Below, one piece after another: positions 1 to 10,350 of a DNA stretch of 64,000 nt (the first letter of the stretch is position 1; every line of letters begins with the position of its first letter). The stretch is from an uncultured Chloroflexia bacterium (GTDB taxonomy: Bacteria; Chloroflexota; Limnocylindria; Limnocylindrales; CSP1-4): NCBI GenBank assembly GCA_963768035.1, contig CAVYGJ010000001.1, positions 1,894 through 65,893 on the forward strand. The letters are read 5' to 3'. A program made the position numbers and the translations under genes. A model generated the notes under the pieces. The model ran no database searches. It saw only the letters and a list, made by a program, of their open reading frames with translations, and was not told the origin of the DNA.

Positions 1-1151
1 CGATCGACTTCGTGTCGTACCCGTACGAGTGGACGTTCGGCGAGCTGCAGGACGCCGCGCTGCTCACGCTCGACGTCCAGCTCGCGGCGCTGGATGCCGG
101 GTGGACGCTCCGCGACGCGACGGCCTACAACGTCCAGTTCCGCGACGGCCGTCCGATCCTCATCGACTCCCTGTCGTTCGCCCCGCTCGAGGACGGCGCG
201 CCCTGGATCGCCTACCGCCAGTTCTGCGAGCACTTCCTCGCGCCGCTGGCCCTCATGGCCCGGCGCGACGTCCGTCTCGCCCGCCTCCTGCGCGCGGATC
301 CCGACGGGGTGCCGCTCGACCTCGCGGCGGCCCTCCTGCCGTGGCGCACGCGGCTCAACCTCGGGCTGCTGTCCCACGTCCACCTCCACGCCCGCGCCCA
401 GCGGCGCCATGCAGACGATGAGGCGGCCGAGGAGAGCGTCCGAAAGGTCAGGATCGACCGTGGGCGGCTCGTCGGGCTGGTCGGCAACCTGCGGTCCACC
501 GTCGCCGGGCTGCGCTGGAACCCGGCCGGCACGGAGTGGTCGGACTACGCGGACCACACGAGCTACGGCGACGCGGCGACCGCCGCGAAGGTGCGGCTGG
601 TGGGCGAGCTGCTCGACGAGACGGGCGCGACGACCACGTGGGACCTCGGGGCCAACACGGGCCGCTACAGCCGGGTGGCCGCGGACGGCGGACGCCGCGT
701 CCTCGCCTTCGACATCGACCCGGCCGCCGCCGAGCGCAACTACCGCCAGCTCCGCGATGAGAAGCGGCGCGACATCCTGCCGCTCGTGATGGATCTCGCC
801 AACCCGAGCCCGGGCATCGGCTGGGCGGGACGTGAGCGGCGGTCGCTGCTGGAGCGCGCCGGTCCCGACGCGATCCTCGCCCTTGCGCTGGTCCACCACA
901 TCGCGATCTCGCGGAACGTGCCGCTGCCGATGCTGCTCGACCTGTTCGCGTCGCTCGCGCCGTGGGCGGTCGTGGAGTTCGTGCCGAAGGAGGACTCGAT
1001 GGTCCGGCACCTGCTCGCGACGCGCGAGGACGTCTTCCCGGACTACACGCTCGACGGGTTCCGCGCAGCAGCCGCCGCCAGGTTCGAGATCGTGGCGGAG
1101 CGCCCGATCGAGGAGAGCCTCCGCGTGCTGTTCCTGCTCCGACGCCGCTGA
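1..1151 (+). CDS. class I SAM-dependent methyltransferase (5' end lies outside the window)
   Basis: ORF 12..1151 stays open back to base 3 (IDFVSYPYEW...), so the true start is upstream. The C-terminal half carries a Rossmann MTase motif I-like 'WDLGANTGRYS' followed by 'LAFDID'. Codons are GC3-rich. Confidence 0.7.
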   Translation, partial: IDFVSYPYEWTFGELQDAALLTLDVQLAALDAGWTLRDATAYNVQFRDGRPILIDSLSFAPLEDGAPWIAYRQFCEHFLAPLALMARRDVRLARLLRADPDGVPLDLAAALLPWRTRLNLGLLSHVHLHARAQRRHADDEAAEESVRKVRIDRGRLVGLVGNLRSTVAGLRWNPAGTEWSDYADHTSYGDAATAAKVRLVGELLDETGATTTWDLGANTGRYSRVAADGGRRVLAFDIDPAAAERNYRQLRDEKRRDILPLVMDLANPSPGIGWAGRERRSLLERAGPDAILALALVHHIAISRNVPLPMLLDLFASLAPWAVVEFVPKEDSMVRHLLATREDVFPDYTLDGFRAAAAARFEIVAERPIEESLRVLFLLRRR

Positions 1152-1154
1152 GGA

Positions 1155-2721
1155 CTACGGGGCGAGGGCAGGCAGGCGGTCGGTGATCTCGATCTGGTCG
1201 TACGGCAGGTTGTACTTGCGAGAGGCGAACACCCGGTCGGGCAGCAGGTCGTAGTCGAGCCCGAAGTAGTCGCGGAACAGCAGCGGGAACGTGTTGATGC
1301 TCGTCTGGCCGTCGTAGAGCCCGACGGGCCGGTCGCCGGGCACGTACCAGGCGTTCATGATCCCGAACTTGATCTCGAGCTCTTCCGTGGTCGCCTCGTT
1401 CCAGTCCCACGTCGTGGTCGAGGTGCTGGTGTACTGCGGCATCTCCGGGCCCTCGTCCGCCTGGAGGATGATGATCGGCCGCTCGGGCTCGGGCAGGGCG
1501 AGGAGGCCGTCGACGATCTCGCGGATGCGGCTGTTCCCGTAGGCCAGCTGGTCGGCGAACAGGGTTTCGCGCGAAACGCCCTTCGACGCCGCGCGGGTCC
1601 GGAAGCTGCCGTCGACCTCGTGGACGTAGGGCGGGTGGGGCAGGAGGATGTGGGCGAACACGAACTTCGGGCCAGGCTCGTCACGCACGCCGACCGCGGC
1701 GTCGAGCCCGAACTGGTTGTTCTCCCAGTGGCGCTCGCGTGCGTCGACGACGACGCCGGCTCGCCGCAGCAGCGCGGGGAGGGCGCTCGCCTCGATGAGC
1801 GAGCTCGCGAACTCGGACGGCCCGGGCGTGTGCAGGTTGACGTCCGCGAGCGGGCTGCTGCGCGTTGGTGTCCACCACGATCCGATGTTGATGTACCGGT
1901 AGCCGAGCGCCTTGAACTGCTTCGCTACCGTCGACTGCCTGATCTTCGAGTAGACGAAGGCATGGCTCTTCTGCATCGGGCCCGGGGACGCCCGGCATGT
2001 CCGCGAGGTGGGTCATCTGCATCGTCGTGGACAGCGACAGGCTGGTCTTCACGTAGTTGGCGTACGAGCCCAGCACGGTGAAGTCGCGCTCGCGGAGCCA
2101 CGGCGACAGGTCGTTGTGGAGGCCGTACTGGAGCTCGAGCGACCGGTCCGAGCCGTAGCGGTCGAAGATGAACCAGTAGACGTCACGCCTCGGTGCCGAC
2201 GTGGTCGTGGCCAGGGCGGCCCCGTCGACCGACGCGTCCGTGCTCCCGCCACCGAGCTGGGCCGGCACGATGAGGACGAGCGTGATCAGGACGAGGATCG
2301 CGGCGATCCGCGTGAGGGCCGTCCCGAGGCGCTGGATGTGCGGCCGCGGACAGGCGCACCGCCAGGACGATGCCGACGGCGATCAGGGTGAGCCACGCGA
2401 CCTGCTGGAGCAGCACGGGCAGCGTGCAGTGACTGGCCCGACGCGGGCGGCGTGGCCGTACACGAGCAGGCCGACCACGATCGGCGTGAGCAGCACGGCC
2501 GCCCGACGCACGTCGCGGAAGACGAGACCCAGCAGGACGGTCAGGATCGCGGCGACGCCGGTGGTGGCGAGGAGCGGGACGACGACATCCGCCGGATCCG
2601 CCTCGGCCACGTTCTGCGACCACAGGAACAGGACCGGGTAGGCGGCGAACAGGACGGGATGGAGCGCGCTGGCCCACCGGCCGCGCGACGCGGGGCCGTG
2701 CGCCCTCGTCGGGCACGGCAC
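1155..2721 (-). pseudogene. LTA-synthase/sulfatase-family (alkaline phosphatase superfamily) membrane protein, frame broken about 3 times
   Basis: Four minus-strand ORF pieces read as one protein. These are a TM N-terminus (2383..2721, 'HPVLFAAYPVLFLWSQN'), a TM piece in the 2183..2752 frame ('LPVLLQQVAWLTLIAVGIVLAV'), the catalytic start in 1681..2268 ('DVYWFIFDRYGSDRSLELQYG'), and the C-terminal part in 1155..1976 ('FVFAHILLPHPPYVHEVDGSF'). Junctions fall near 2436, 2340 and 1978. Confidence 0.6.
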
Positions 2722-2748
2722 GGTCGTCGGGCGGCGTCATCCGCGCGA

Positions 2749-4264
2749 TCATACGTCGCGGGTTGCCCGGCGAAGGACGACCTCGCGGGCGATCAGGCGG
2801 GCGTCACCGCCGACGCTTCGGGGGCATCGACGCCGTGCGGACGGGGGCCAGTCGCCGCGGAGCCAGGCGTCGATCGCCGTGGCGGACCGCTTGCCGTCGC
2901 CCATCGCGAGGATCACGGTCGCCGCGCCGCGGACGATGTCGCCGCCGGCGAACACGCCGGGGAGGCTCGTCATGCCGTGCTCGTCGGCCAGCAGGTAGCC
3001 GTGCTCGTTGACGGTCAGCTCGGGCGCCGATCCCGTCAGCAGCGGGTTGGCCCGCGTGCCGATCGCGACGACGACGAGGTCGCAGTCGATCGTGAGCTCG
3101 GATCCCTCGATCTGCGCGGGTCGGCGGCGGCCGGAGGCGTCGGGCTCGCCGAGCTCCATCTCGACGCAGCGAAGGCCGGTGACCCACCGGTTCTCGTCGG
3201 CGAGGACCTCCGTCGGCGCGGTGAGGTACTTGAACACCACGCCCTCGTCGATCGCGTGGTGGACCTCCTCCTTGCGCGCGGGGAGCTCGTCCGCGGACCG
3301 CCGGTAGACGATCGTCGCCTCGGCGGCGCCGAGGCGGCGCGCGGTCCGGACCGCGTCCATCGCGACGTTGCCGCCGCCGACGACCACGACCCGCTGGCCG
3401 TGGAGGACGGGCGTCGCCGAGTCGGCGTTCCAGGCGCCCATGAGGTTGACCCGGGTCAGGTACTCGTTGGCCGAGTAGACGCCCTTGAAGTTCTCGCCCG
3501 GGACGTCCATGAACACCGGCAGGCCCGCGCCCACCGCGAGGAACAGCGCGTCGTAGGTCTCACGCAGCTCGGGGATCGTGTAGGTGCGGCCGACGATCGC
3601 GTCGACCTCGATCTTCACGCCCTCGTCGACGAGCCGGTCCACCTCGGCCTGGACGATGTCCTTCGGCAGGCGGAACTCGGGGATCCCGTAGATCAGGACG
3701 CCACCCGGGGCGTGGAACGCCTCGAACACCGTGACGTCGTGGCCGAGCTTGTTGAGCTCGCCCGCGGCGGTGAGCCCGGCCGGGCCGGAGCCGACGATGC
3801 CGACCTTCCTGCCGGTCCGGGCGCCAACCTGGTTCGGGAGCTGGTCGAGGTTGGCCTGTGCCCAGTCGGCCACGTAGCGCTCGAGGTAGCCGATGGCGAC
3901 CGAGTCGCCCTTCTTCTTCCGGATGCAGACGCCCTCGCACTGGCTCTCCTGCGGGCACACCCGGCCGGTCACGCACGGGAGCGCGTTGTCGGACAGGAGG
4001 CTCTCGGCGGCGGCGGGCATGTCGCCCTCGCGCAGCGCCTTGATGAACCGCGGGATGTTGACGCGGACGGGGCAGCCCTCGACGCAGAACGGCTTGGGGC
4101 ACTGGATGCACCGCTCCGCCTCGAGCATCGCGAGCTGGTACGTCAGGCCGAGGTTGACCTCGCCGAAGTTGTGGGCGCGGACCGCTGCCCGCCTGCTCGG
4201 GCATCGAGACCCGGTCGATGGCCATCCGCTCCTTGTTGCTCAGCGGGGACGCGGCGTCGGTCAT
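2749..4264 (-). pseudogene. glutamate-synthase-small-subunit-like FAD/NAD(P) oxidoreductase with 2x[4Fe-4S] (SudA/NfnB type); single frame break near the 5' end
   Basis: ORF 2749..4128 has 'CIQCPKPFCVEGCPVRVNIP' and 'CVTGRVCPQESQCEGVC' Cys clusters and the dinucleotide fold 'VGIVGSGPAGLTAAGEL'. The expected N-terminus 'MTDAASPLSNKERMAIDRVSMPEQ' sits in another frame starting at ATG 4264, which overlaps the upstream gene's stop as ATGA. Removing one base near 4197 gives '...PEQRAAVRAHNFGEVNLGLTYQLAMLEAERC'. Length is 1516 nt (3n+1). Confidence 0.8.
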
Positions 4265-5118
4265 GCCATCACCTCGGTCGATGCGCAGGCGCCCTGCGCC
4301 TCGAGATCCCTCTGCCGCTCGGTGGCGGCCTGCTCGAACGAGCGGTAGGTGGTGAGCCGGTCTGCCAGCTCCTGGAAGTTCACGGCGTGGCCGTCGAACT
4401 CCGGGCCGTCGACACAGGCGTACTTCGTCTCGCCGCCGATCGTGACCCGGCAGCCGCCGCACATCCCGGTCCCGTCGACCATGATCGCGTTGAGCGAGAC
4501 CGTGGTCGGGACCCCGTACGGGCGGGTCATCTCGGACACGGCCTTCATCATCGGCACGGGGCCGATGGCGTAGACGGCGTCGACGCCGCCCCTGTCGAGC
4601 TCGTCCTGGAGGGCCTGGGTCACGAACCCGTGGCGCCCGTACGAGCCGTCGTCGGTGCAGGCGACGACGTCGCCCGCCTCGCGCAGCTCGCGCTCGAGGA
4701 TCACCCACTCGCGGGACCGGCCGCCGATGACGCTGGTCACGCGGACGCCCGCCTCGGCGAGCGCGCGGACGATGGGCAGGAGGACCGCGGTCCCGACGCC
4801 ACCGCCGACGCACACCGCGTGGCCGGCCTGGAGGAGGTGGGTCTCCGCGCCGAGCGGTCCGGCGACGTCCTGGATCGCGTCGCCGACCTGGAGCGCCGTG
4901 AGCTCGGTCGTGCTGGCGCCGATCGCCTGGATCATGAGGGTGATCGTGCCGGCCTCGGGGTCGTTGTCGGCGATCGTGAGCGGGATCCGCTCCGCGCCCG
5001 GCCCCTTGCGGACGATGACGAACTGGCCGGGCCGCCGGACGCGCGCGATCCGGGGGGCCTCGACCACGAGGCGGACGACGTTCGGTGAGAGCTGCTCACG
5101 CTCGACGACGGGATGCAT
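4261..5118 (-). CDS. PyrK/SudB/NfnA-type FAD/NAD-binding electron-transfer subunit with C-terminal [2Fe-2S]
   Basis: Intact 285-aa ORF with 'GGGVGTAVLLPIVRAL' and the cluster motif 'GTGMCGGCRV...YACVDGPEF'. It is translationally coupled (ATGA) to the downstream SudA-like gene. Confidence 0.8.
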   Translation of the reverse strand: MHPVVEREQLSPNVVRLVVEAPRIARVRRPGQFVIVRKGPGAERIPLTIADNDPEAGTITLMIQAIGASTTELTALQVGDAIQDVAGPLGAETHLLQAGHAVCVGGGVGTAVLLPIVRALAEAGVRVTSVIGGRSREWVILERELREAGDVVACTDDGSYGRHGFVTQALQDELDRGGVDAVYAIGPVPMMKAVSEMTRPYGVPTTVSLNAIMVDGTGMCGGCRVTIGGETKYACVDGPEFDGHAVNFQELADRLTTYRSFEQAATERQRDLEAQGACASTEVMA

Positions 5119-5300
5119 GCGACCTCGCTGGTGGTGACTGTGCGTCCATCCTCGCCCGCGTGGTGCCGCCCGCGTACCTGCCCTTGGCCCCGTGCCGCGG
5201 TCCGAAGGTCACGAGTGCGGGGGGCCGTCCGGCGCCGGTCCCCGGGCTCGCGCCACGCGTCCGCGTTGCGCGGCACTGGACCGCCGGATACTGTGCGTCG

Positions 5301-7048
5301 ATGGAGGAGACGAACGGATGGGCGGTGCTCGACGAGATCCTGTCCCGTCCGGTCCGCACCTGGCTGGAGGAGCGGTTCTGGCGGCCGATCGAGGCCCAGG
5401 CCACGCTCGAGGCGCTGCGCGACGACCCTGACTTCCTCGCCGACCCCGGGCACCCACCCGGCGATGTTCGCCGACCACGGCGTCGTCCACGCCCGCGACG
5501 TGGCCGTCGGGCTGGTCCGACTGCTCGACACGATCGACGGGGTGCTGCTCCCGGCGCCGGCCGCCCGCGCGACGCGAGTTCGTCGCGGCACTCGGCGTCG
5601 CGACCGCGTACCTCCACGACATCGGCATGGTCGACATGACGACGACCGGGCGACGCGTCCACCCGCAGTACGCGGCCCACGCGGCGTTCGGGCCGGAGAT
5701 CGGCCCGCTCGTCGACCACCTGCTCGCGCCGGGACCGGTCCGGGCGCGCCTCGACGACGTCGCCGCAGCGGGCGCCGTTCGCGGTGCCGCTCGACGTCGT
5801 CGTTCGAGAGATGCTCAGCCTGTCGGTCACCCACAGCAAGTCGGCGGTCCCGGCGGCCGTGCTCGACGATCGGGCCGCGCTCCGACGCCTCCTCCAGCGC
5901 GTGGTGTTCACCACGCTCGACGCCCATCGCGCATCGCCGTGGCAGCCGTCCGTCGCGGACACGTCGCCGATGCCCGCCGAGGCGAACGCGGACCGCTACG
6001 ACGGATCCCTCGGCGTCGTTCGCCTGGCTGACGGCGCGCGAGCGGCCCGCAGGCCGAGCTCGCCGACGACGTCGTGGACGCGATGCGGGCCCTGCGCGCC
6101 GCGGACGTGCTCCGGCAGCGCGGGACCGTCCTCCGGACGTCCGGCGGCTTCGAGGTGTGCATGGACGCCGAGACGGCGCGCGCCGTGTGCACGCTGCGGC
6201 CCGCGACGGGCGACGCGGCCTACGTGATCGTCTACGACGACGAGCGGGGCGCCGGCGAGGCCAACATCCGGGTCGCGTTCGTGACGCCCCGGGGGCACCT
6301 CCGGATCGCGTTCAATCGCGGGTCGCTTCGGCAGCGCCGAGGCCACCCGCCGCGCCGCGTCGAGCGTCGCCGACGTCGTGGTGGACATCCAGGCCGACGT
6401 CATCCCGTCCTTCAGCGGCAGCTCGTACGGCGGCGGCCTGCCCGCCCCTTCGCGTGCGATCGAGGACGTGCAGATCCAGCTGGAGTGCCCCGACGACCAC
6501 CACGCGTTCGCGCGAGGAGGTCGCCGCGATCGTCGCCCGGCTCGAGCCGTCGCTCGCACGGCGGCTCGTGACCGTCGCCAACGTCGAGGGTGCGGCGCCC
6601 GACGAGCGCCGCCGCTTCTACGAGTCCGAGCCCGTCGATCCGTTCGGCGCCGATGCCGACGAGCTCGTCCGGCGGCTCGCCGAGCACGGGGTGGAGACGT
6701 CGGGGATCGACCGCGTCGACGGCCTTCTCCGAGGTGGGGCGCGCGACCCTCCGGCCGGGCGAGGTGCTCGTCGCCCAGGGCTCGCCGCCGTCGTTCGTGT
6801 ACGTCCCGACCGGCCGCGGCCTGACCGTGCTGCCACACGGCGGCTACGCGCCGTCGCCGCTGCCGCCGTGGGTGCCCGTGGGCACGACGGGCGTGATCCG
6901 GCGGGCCGAGCGCAACAGCGAGATCGTCGCCGAGCGCGAGGTCGGCGTGATCGCGATCCCGGGCGACCTCTACGCCCGCGCCTGGCTGCGCCCGCTGCGG
7001 GTGGACGAGCTCGCGACGCGCCTCCGGCCGCCGGTCGCATCCGCGTGA
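5301..7048 (+). pseudogene. HD-domain phosphohydrolase-like protein with C-terminal cyclic-nucleotide-binding-like domain; at least 8 frame breaks
   Basis: Nine consecutive fragments in rotating frames read as one protein. Examples are 'MEETNGWAVLDEILSRP', 'HPAMFADHGVVHARDVAVGLV', 'EFVAALGVATAYLHDIGMVDMT' (the H...HD motif), 'PLDVVVREMLSLSVTHSKS', 'ELADDVVDAMRALRAADVLRQRG', 'VVDIQADVIPSF', 'EEVAAIVARLEPSL' and 'FSEVGRATLRPGEVLVAQGSPPSFVYV'. Frames run 0,1,2,0,1,2,0,1,2. Length is 1748 nt, i.e. 3n+2, consistent with 8 inserted bases. Confidence 0.6.
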
Positions 7049-7050
7049 CG

Positions 7051-10045
7051 ATGTCGACGATCGAGCGCGTGGTCGCGCTCCAGCGGGTGGACCTGTTCGC
7101 CGACGTGCCGGGCCGGACGCTCGCCGCCGTCGCCCGCCGCGCCAGCCGAGGTCGAGGTTCGCCGCCGGCACGCTCGTCATCGCCGAGGGCGCCGTCGAGG
7201 ACCACCTGTTCGCGGTCGTGGCGGGCCGCCTCCGGGTCCATCACGACGACGTGACCGTGGTCGACCTCGGGCCGGGCTCGACCGTCGGGGAGCTGGCGGC
7301 CCTCGTGCCCGAGCCGCGGGCCGCGTCGGTGACGGCGCTCGAGCCGACGATGCTCCTGCGCATCGACAAGCCCGTGCTCGACGAGCTGCTCGCGGATCGG
7401 CCCGCTGCTCGCGAGCCGGATCATCGCCGCGCTCGTCGCGATGGTGCGCGAGCGGCCACGGCCCGGGACGCCGACCCCGCCCTCGTGACGGCACCCGACC
7501 GCTCCGGCGCGGCGGTCCGCTGGCTGATCGCCCAGACGCTCGTCTTCGGCGCGATGGCGGCGCTGCTCGGGATCGTCGCCAACGCGATGTTCCTCGACGC
7601 CTACGGCTCCGCGTGGCTGCCGGCGACCTACATCGCGATCGGGGCGGCGGGGTTCCTGCTCTCGGGCGCGATCGCGCGCGCCGCGCGTCGGTTCGACCTC
7701 CTCGGCATCGCGGTCGTCGTCCTCGGGGCCGCCGCCGTCGCGATCGGCGCCTCCTGGCTGATCGCGGCCGGTGGCGACGGCGCGTGGGTCTCGGCGCCCC
7801 TCCTGGTGCTGTTCCCGATCCTCATCCAGCTCGGGTTCGTGTTCGTCGGCGCGCAGGCCGGCCGGCTGCTGGACATCGCCGGGATCAAGGCGAGCTTCCC
7901 GAGGATCGCCGCCGGGTTCTCGGTCGGCGCGGTGCTCGGCGGGCTGCTCGGTGGCCAGCTGGTGAGCGTGCTCGGCCGGACGGAGGACCTGCTGCTGGCG
8001 ACCGCCATCGCCCAGGCCGCGTTCGCGGGCCTCGTGTGGGCGACGGGTCGCCGGTACCCGGCCCAGCTCCGCCTCGCCGGCCGGTCCACGAGCCGCGCAG
8101 CGTCGCGCGACCCGACGACGCCCGTCCTCCCGCGCGCTCGCTCCGGCGGCTGTTCGGGAGCCGGTTCGTCGTCCTGATCGTCGTCTACCAGGTCCTGTCC
8201 GCGGTGGGCAGCCAGCTCGCCGACTACCTCGTCTTCGACCGCGCGACGGCGCAGTACCCCGACGCGGCGGACCTCGCCGGGCTATCTCGCGGGCTACACC
8301 GCCGTCATGAACGTCGTGAGCATCGCGTTCCTGTTCCTCGTCGCGGGACCGCTGCTCCGGCGGTATCGGGCTGCGCATGGGGATCGCCGCCAACCCGCTC
8401 GTGCTGACGGTCTTCGCCGTCGCCATGATCGCGGTCCTGGGCGTGGGTGGCGGCGCGTCGTTCGCCCTCCTCGCGACCGTGTCGGCCGCCCGCATCGCCG
8501 ACATCGCCCTGACCGACGGCACGACGCGGACCTCGATCAACGCGCTGTACCAGGTCCTCCCGGAGCGCACCCGGCTGTCGGTCCAGACGGCGGTCGAGGG
8601 CATGGGCGTCCCGGTCGCCATCGGGATCTCGGGCGTGCTGATCCTCGTCCTCAACGCCCTCCCGTTCGCGCTCGCCGCGACGATCGCCGTGACGACGATC
8701 GTGTGCGCGGTCTGGACGTGGTCGGGGTTCCGTCTCTACCGCGAGTACGGCCCGGCGCTCGCCCGCGTGCTGCGACGCGAGCCGCTCCTCGACACGAACG
8801 CCGTCCTCGAGGCAGGCCCGGGCGACGCCGCCATCGCCCGGGGGTTGCTGGCGAGCGGCTCGGCGCGCACGGCCCGCCTGGGCATGGACCTGCTGGCATC
8901 GATGACGTCACCCGCGATGGCCGCCGAGCTCGCGCATGCTCGCGCGTGACCCGCTCCCGGACGTGCGGATGGCGGCGCTCGGCGGGCTCGTCGGGGCGGG
9001 CGACGAGGGCGCGCGACGTCGACTGGCCTACGAGGTGCGGGTCGGGGCCGCGGATGCCGACCCCGCGGCACGCATGCGGGCGGCGCGGTTCATGGGGTTG
9101 CTCTCGCCCGTCGAGCGGGCAGCCGCAGAGCGCCTGCTCGTCGATGCCGACCCGGACGTCAGGTCTGCGGCCCTGGACGCCGTCCGTCATGGCGACGTCG
9201 CGGCCGTTGCGCCCGCGATCGCGGCGCTCGACGACCCGTCAACGCTGGGCGCCGCCTCGGGCGCGATCGAGCGGCTCGGGGACGCGGTTCTCGGGCCGCT
9301 GGCGGACGCGCTCGGCTCGGCGGGCACGCCGGCGCACCCGCGGGTGCTGCGCCTCGTCCGCTCGGCGGCGACTGCGTCGGCGGGTCGTGACGAGCTCCTG
9401 CGCCGGTACGTCGGGCATCGCGACCGCGAGCTCGGCCTCGCGGTGATCGAGCGGCTCGTCGCGGCCGACCCTGCGCCGGAGGCGACGGCCGTGGCGCTCG
9501 ATGCCGTGCTGGCCGCCGACATCCGTCATGCCGCGGGCGTCCTGGCTGCGATGGCCGCGTTCGACGGGGACACGGATCGGGGAGCCGGCGATGGACCCGT
9601 CGAGCGGGCCCTGGCGGACGAGCTGGACCTGCTCCGCGCGCGCGTCCGCGCGGGCTTGCTGGTCTTGGACGGCTCGGCTCGGCTCGGGTCGGCGCTCGTC
9701 GAGGTCGGCGCGGGCGGGCCGAACGCCTCGCTTGCGCGCGAGGCGCTCGAGGTCGTGCTGGGGGCCGCTCAGGCGCGGCTCGTCCTGGCGCTGCTCGAGC
9801 CCGGCCTTGCGGCGGCCGACCGGCTGGCGCGATTCCGGACACCCGCGAGCGAGCCCGCGGGCGTGGAGGCCGTGCTGCGCGATCTTGTCGAGGACGCGGA
9901 CGACCGCTGGCGGTCGCCCTGGCTCCGGGCTTGCGCGATCCACGCGGCACGCGCGAGGGGCGCGCTCCACCGGATCGACCTGTTCACGACGCGGGCGCTC
10001 GGCGATCCGATCGTGGACGAGGAGCTGTCGATCTCCGGGGCGTGA
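7051..10045 (+). pseudogene. cNMP-binding domain / MFS- or TLC-like polytopic membrane domain / HEAT-repeat fusion protein; about 7-10 frame breaks
   Basis: ATG 7051 lies 2 nt after the previous stop. Fragments include 'MSTIERVVALQRVDLFADVPGRTLAAVA', 'AAGTLVIAEGAVEDHLFAVVAGRLRVHHDD...GELAAL' (cNMP fold), long hydrophobic runs in 7218..8177, the 7613 frame, the 8307 frame and 8377..8949, and then 8936..10045 with repeated 'DPDVRSAALDAV'-type HEAT motifs. Confidence 0.6.
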
Positions 10046-10066
10046 TGCCCCGGCTTGGCCCGATGG

Positions 10067-10231
10067 TCAGGCTGCCTCACGGCGCGTCGCTTCCAGGGCG
10101 GCGATTGCGGGCTCGCGCCGCGCGAGCGCCGGCCGGATGGCGGGGATCTTCTTGAGCAGCCGGGTGTCGGCGTCGTGCTCGATCGGGGTTGCGGGGACGA
10201 TGGTCGGGGCGGGGGTTCGATGCTCGGTCAT
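10067..10231 (-). CDS. small hypothetical protein (54 aa)
   Basis: ATG 10231 is preceded by AGGAGG at 9-nt spacing. Codons are GC3-rich. Translation is 'MTEHRTPAPTIVPATPIEHDADTRLLKKIPAIRPALARREPAIAALEATRREAA'. I recognise no family. Confidence 0.35.
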   Translation of the reverse strand: MTEHRTPAPTIVPATPIEHDADTRLLKKIPAIRPALARREPAIAALEATRREAA

Positions 10232-10350
10232 GTGGTGCTTCCTCCTGGTGTGCTCCAAGCATCGCGGCCGCGGCCGTCAGGGACGAGGGGAGAACCCGGC
10301 ACACCGGAGCGCCATCGATTGCCGCAAGCGAGCAACCGCGCCTGCGGCTC

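Noticed and set aside
2452-5088. 878-aa plus-strand ORF
   Set aside because: It is antisense to the SudA/SudB-like genes and has Arg/Asp/Gly-rich composition with no domain signature.
5113-7254. Single 713-aa ORF spanning the HD-gene region
   Set aside because: It is open by chance. Only three short stretches of it are protein-like. The real product has to be read across three frames (see feature 5301..7048).
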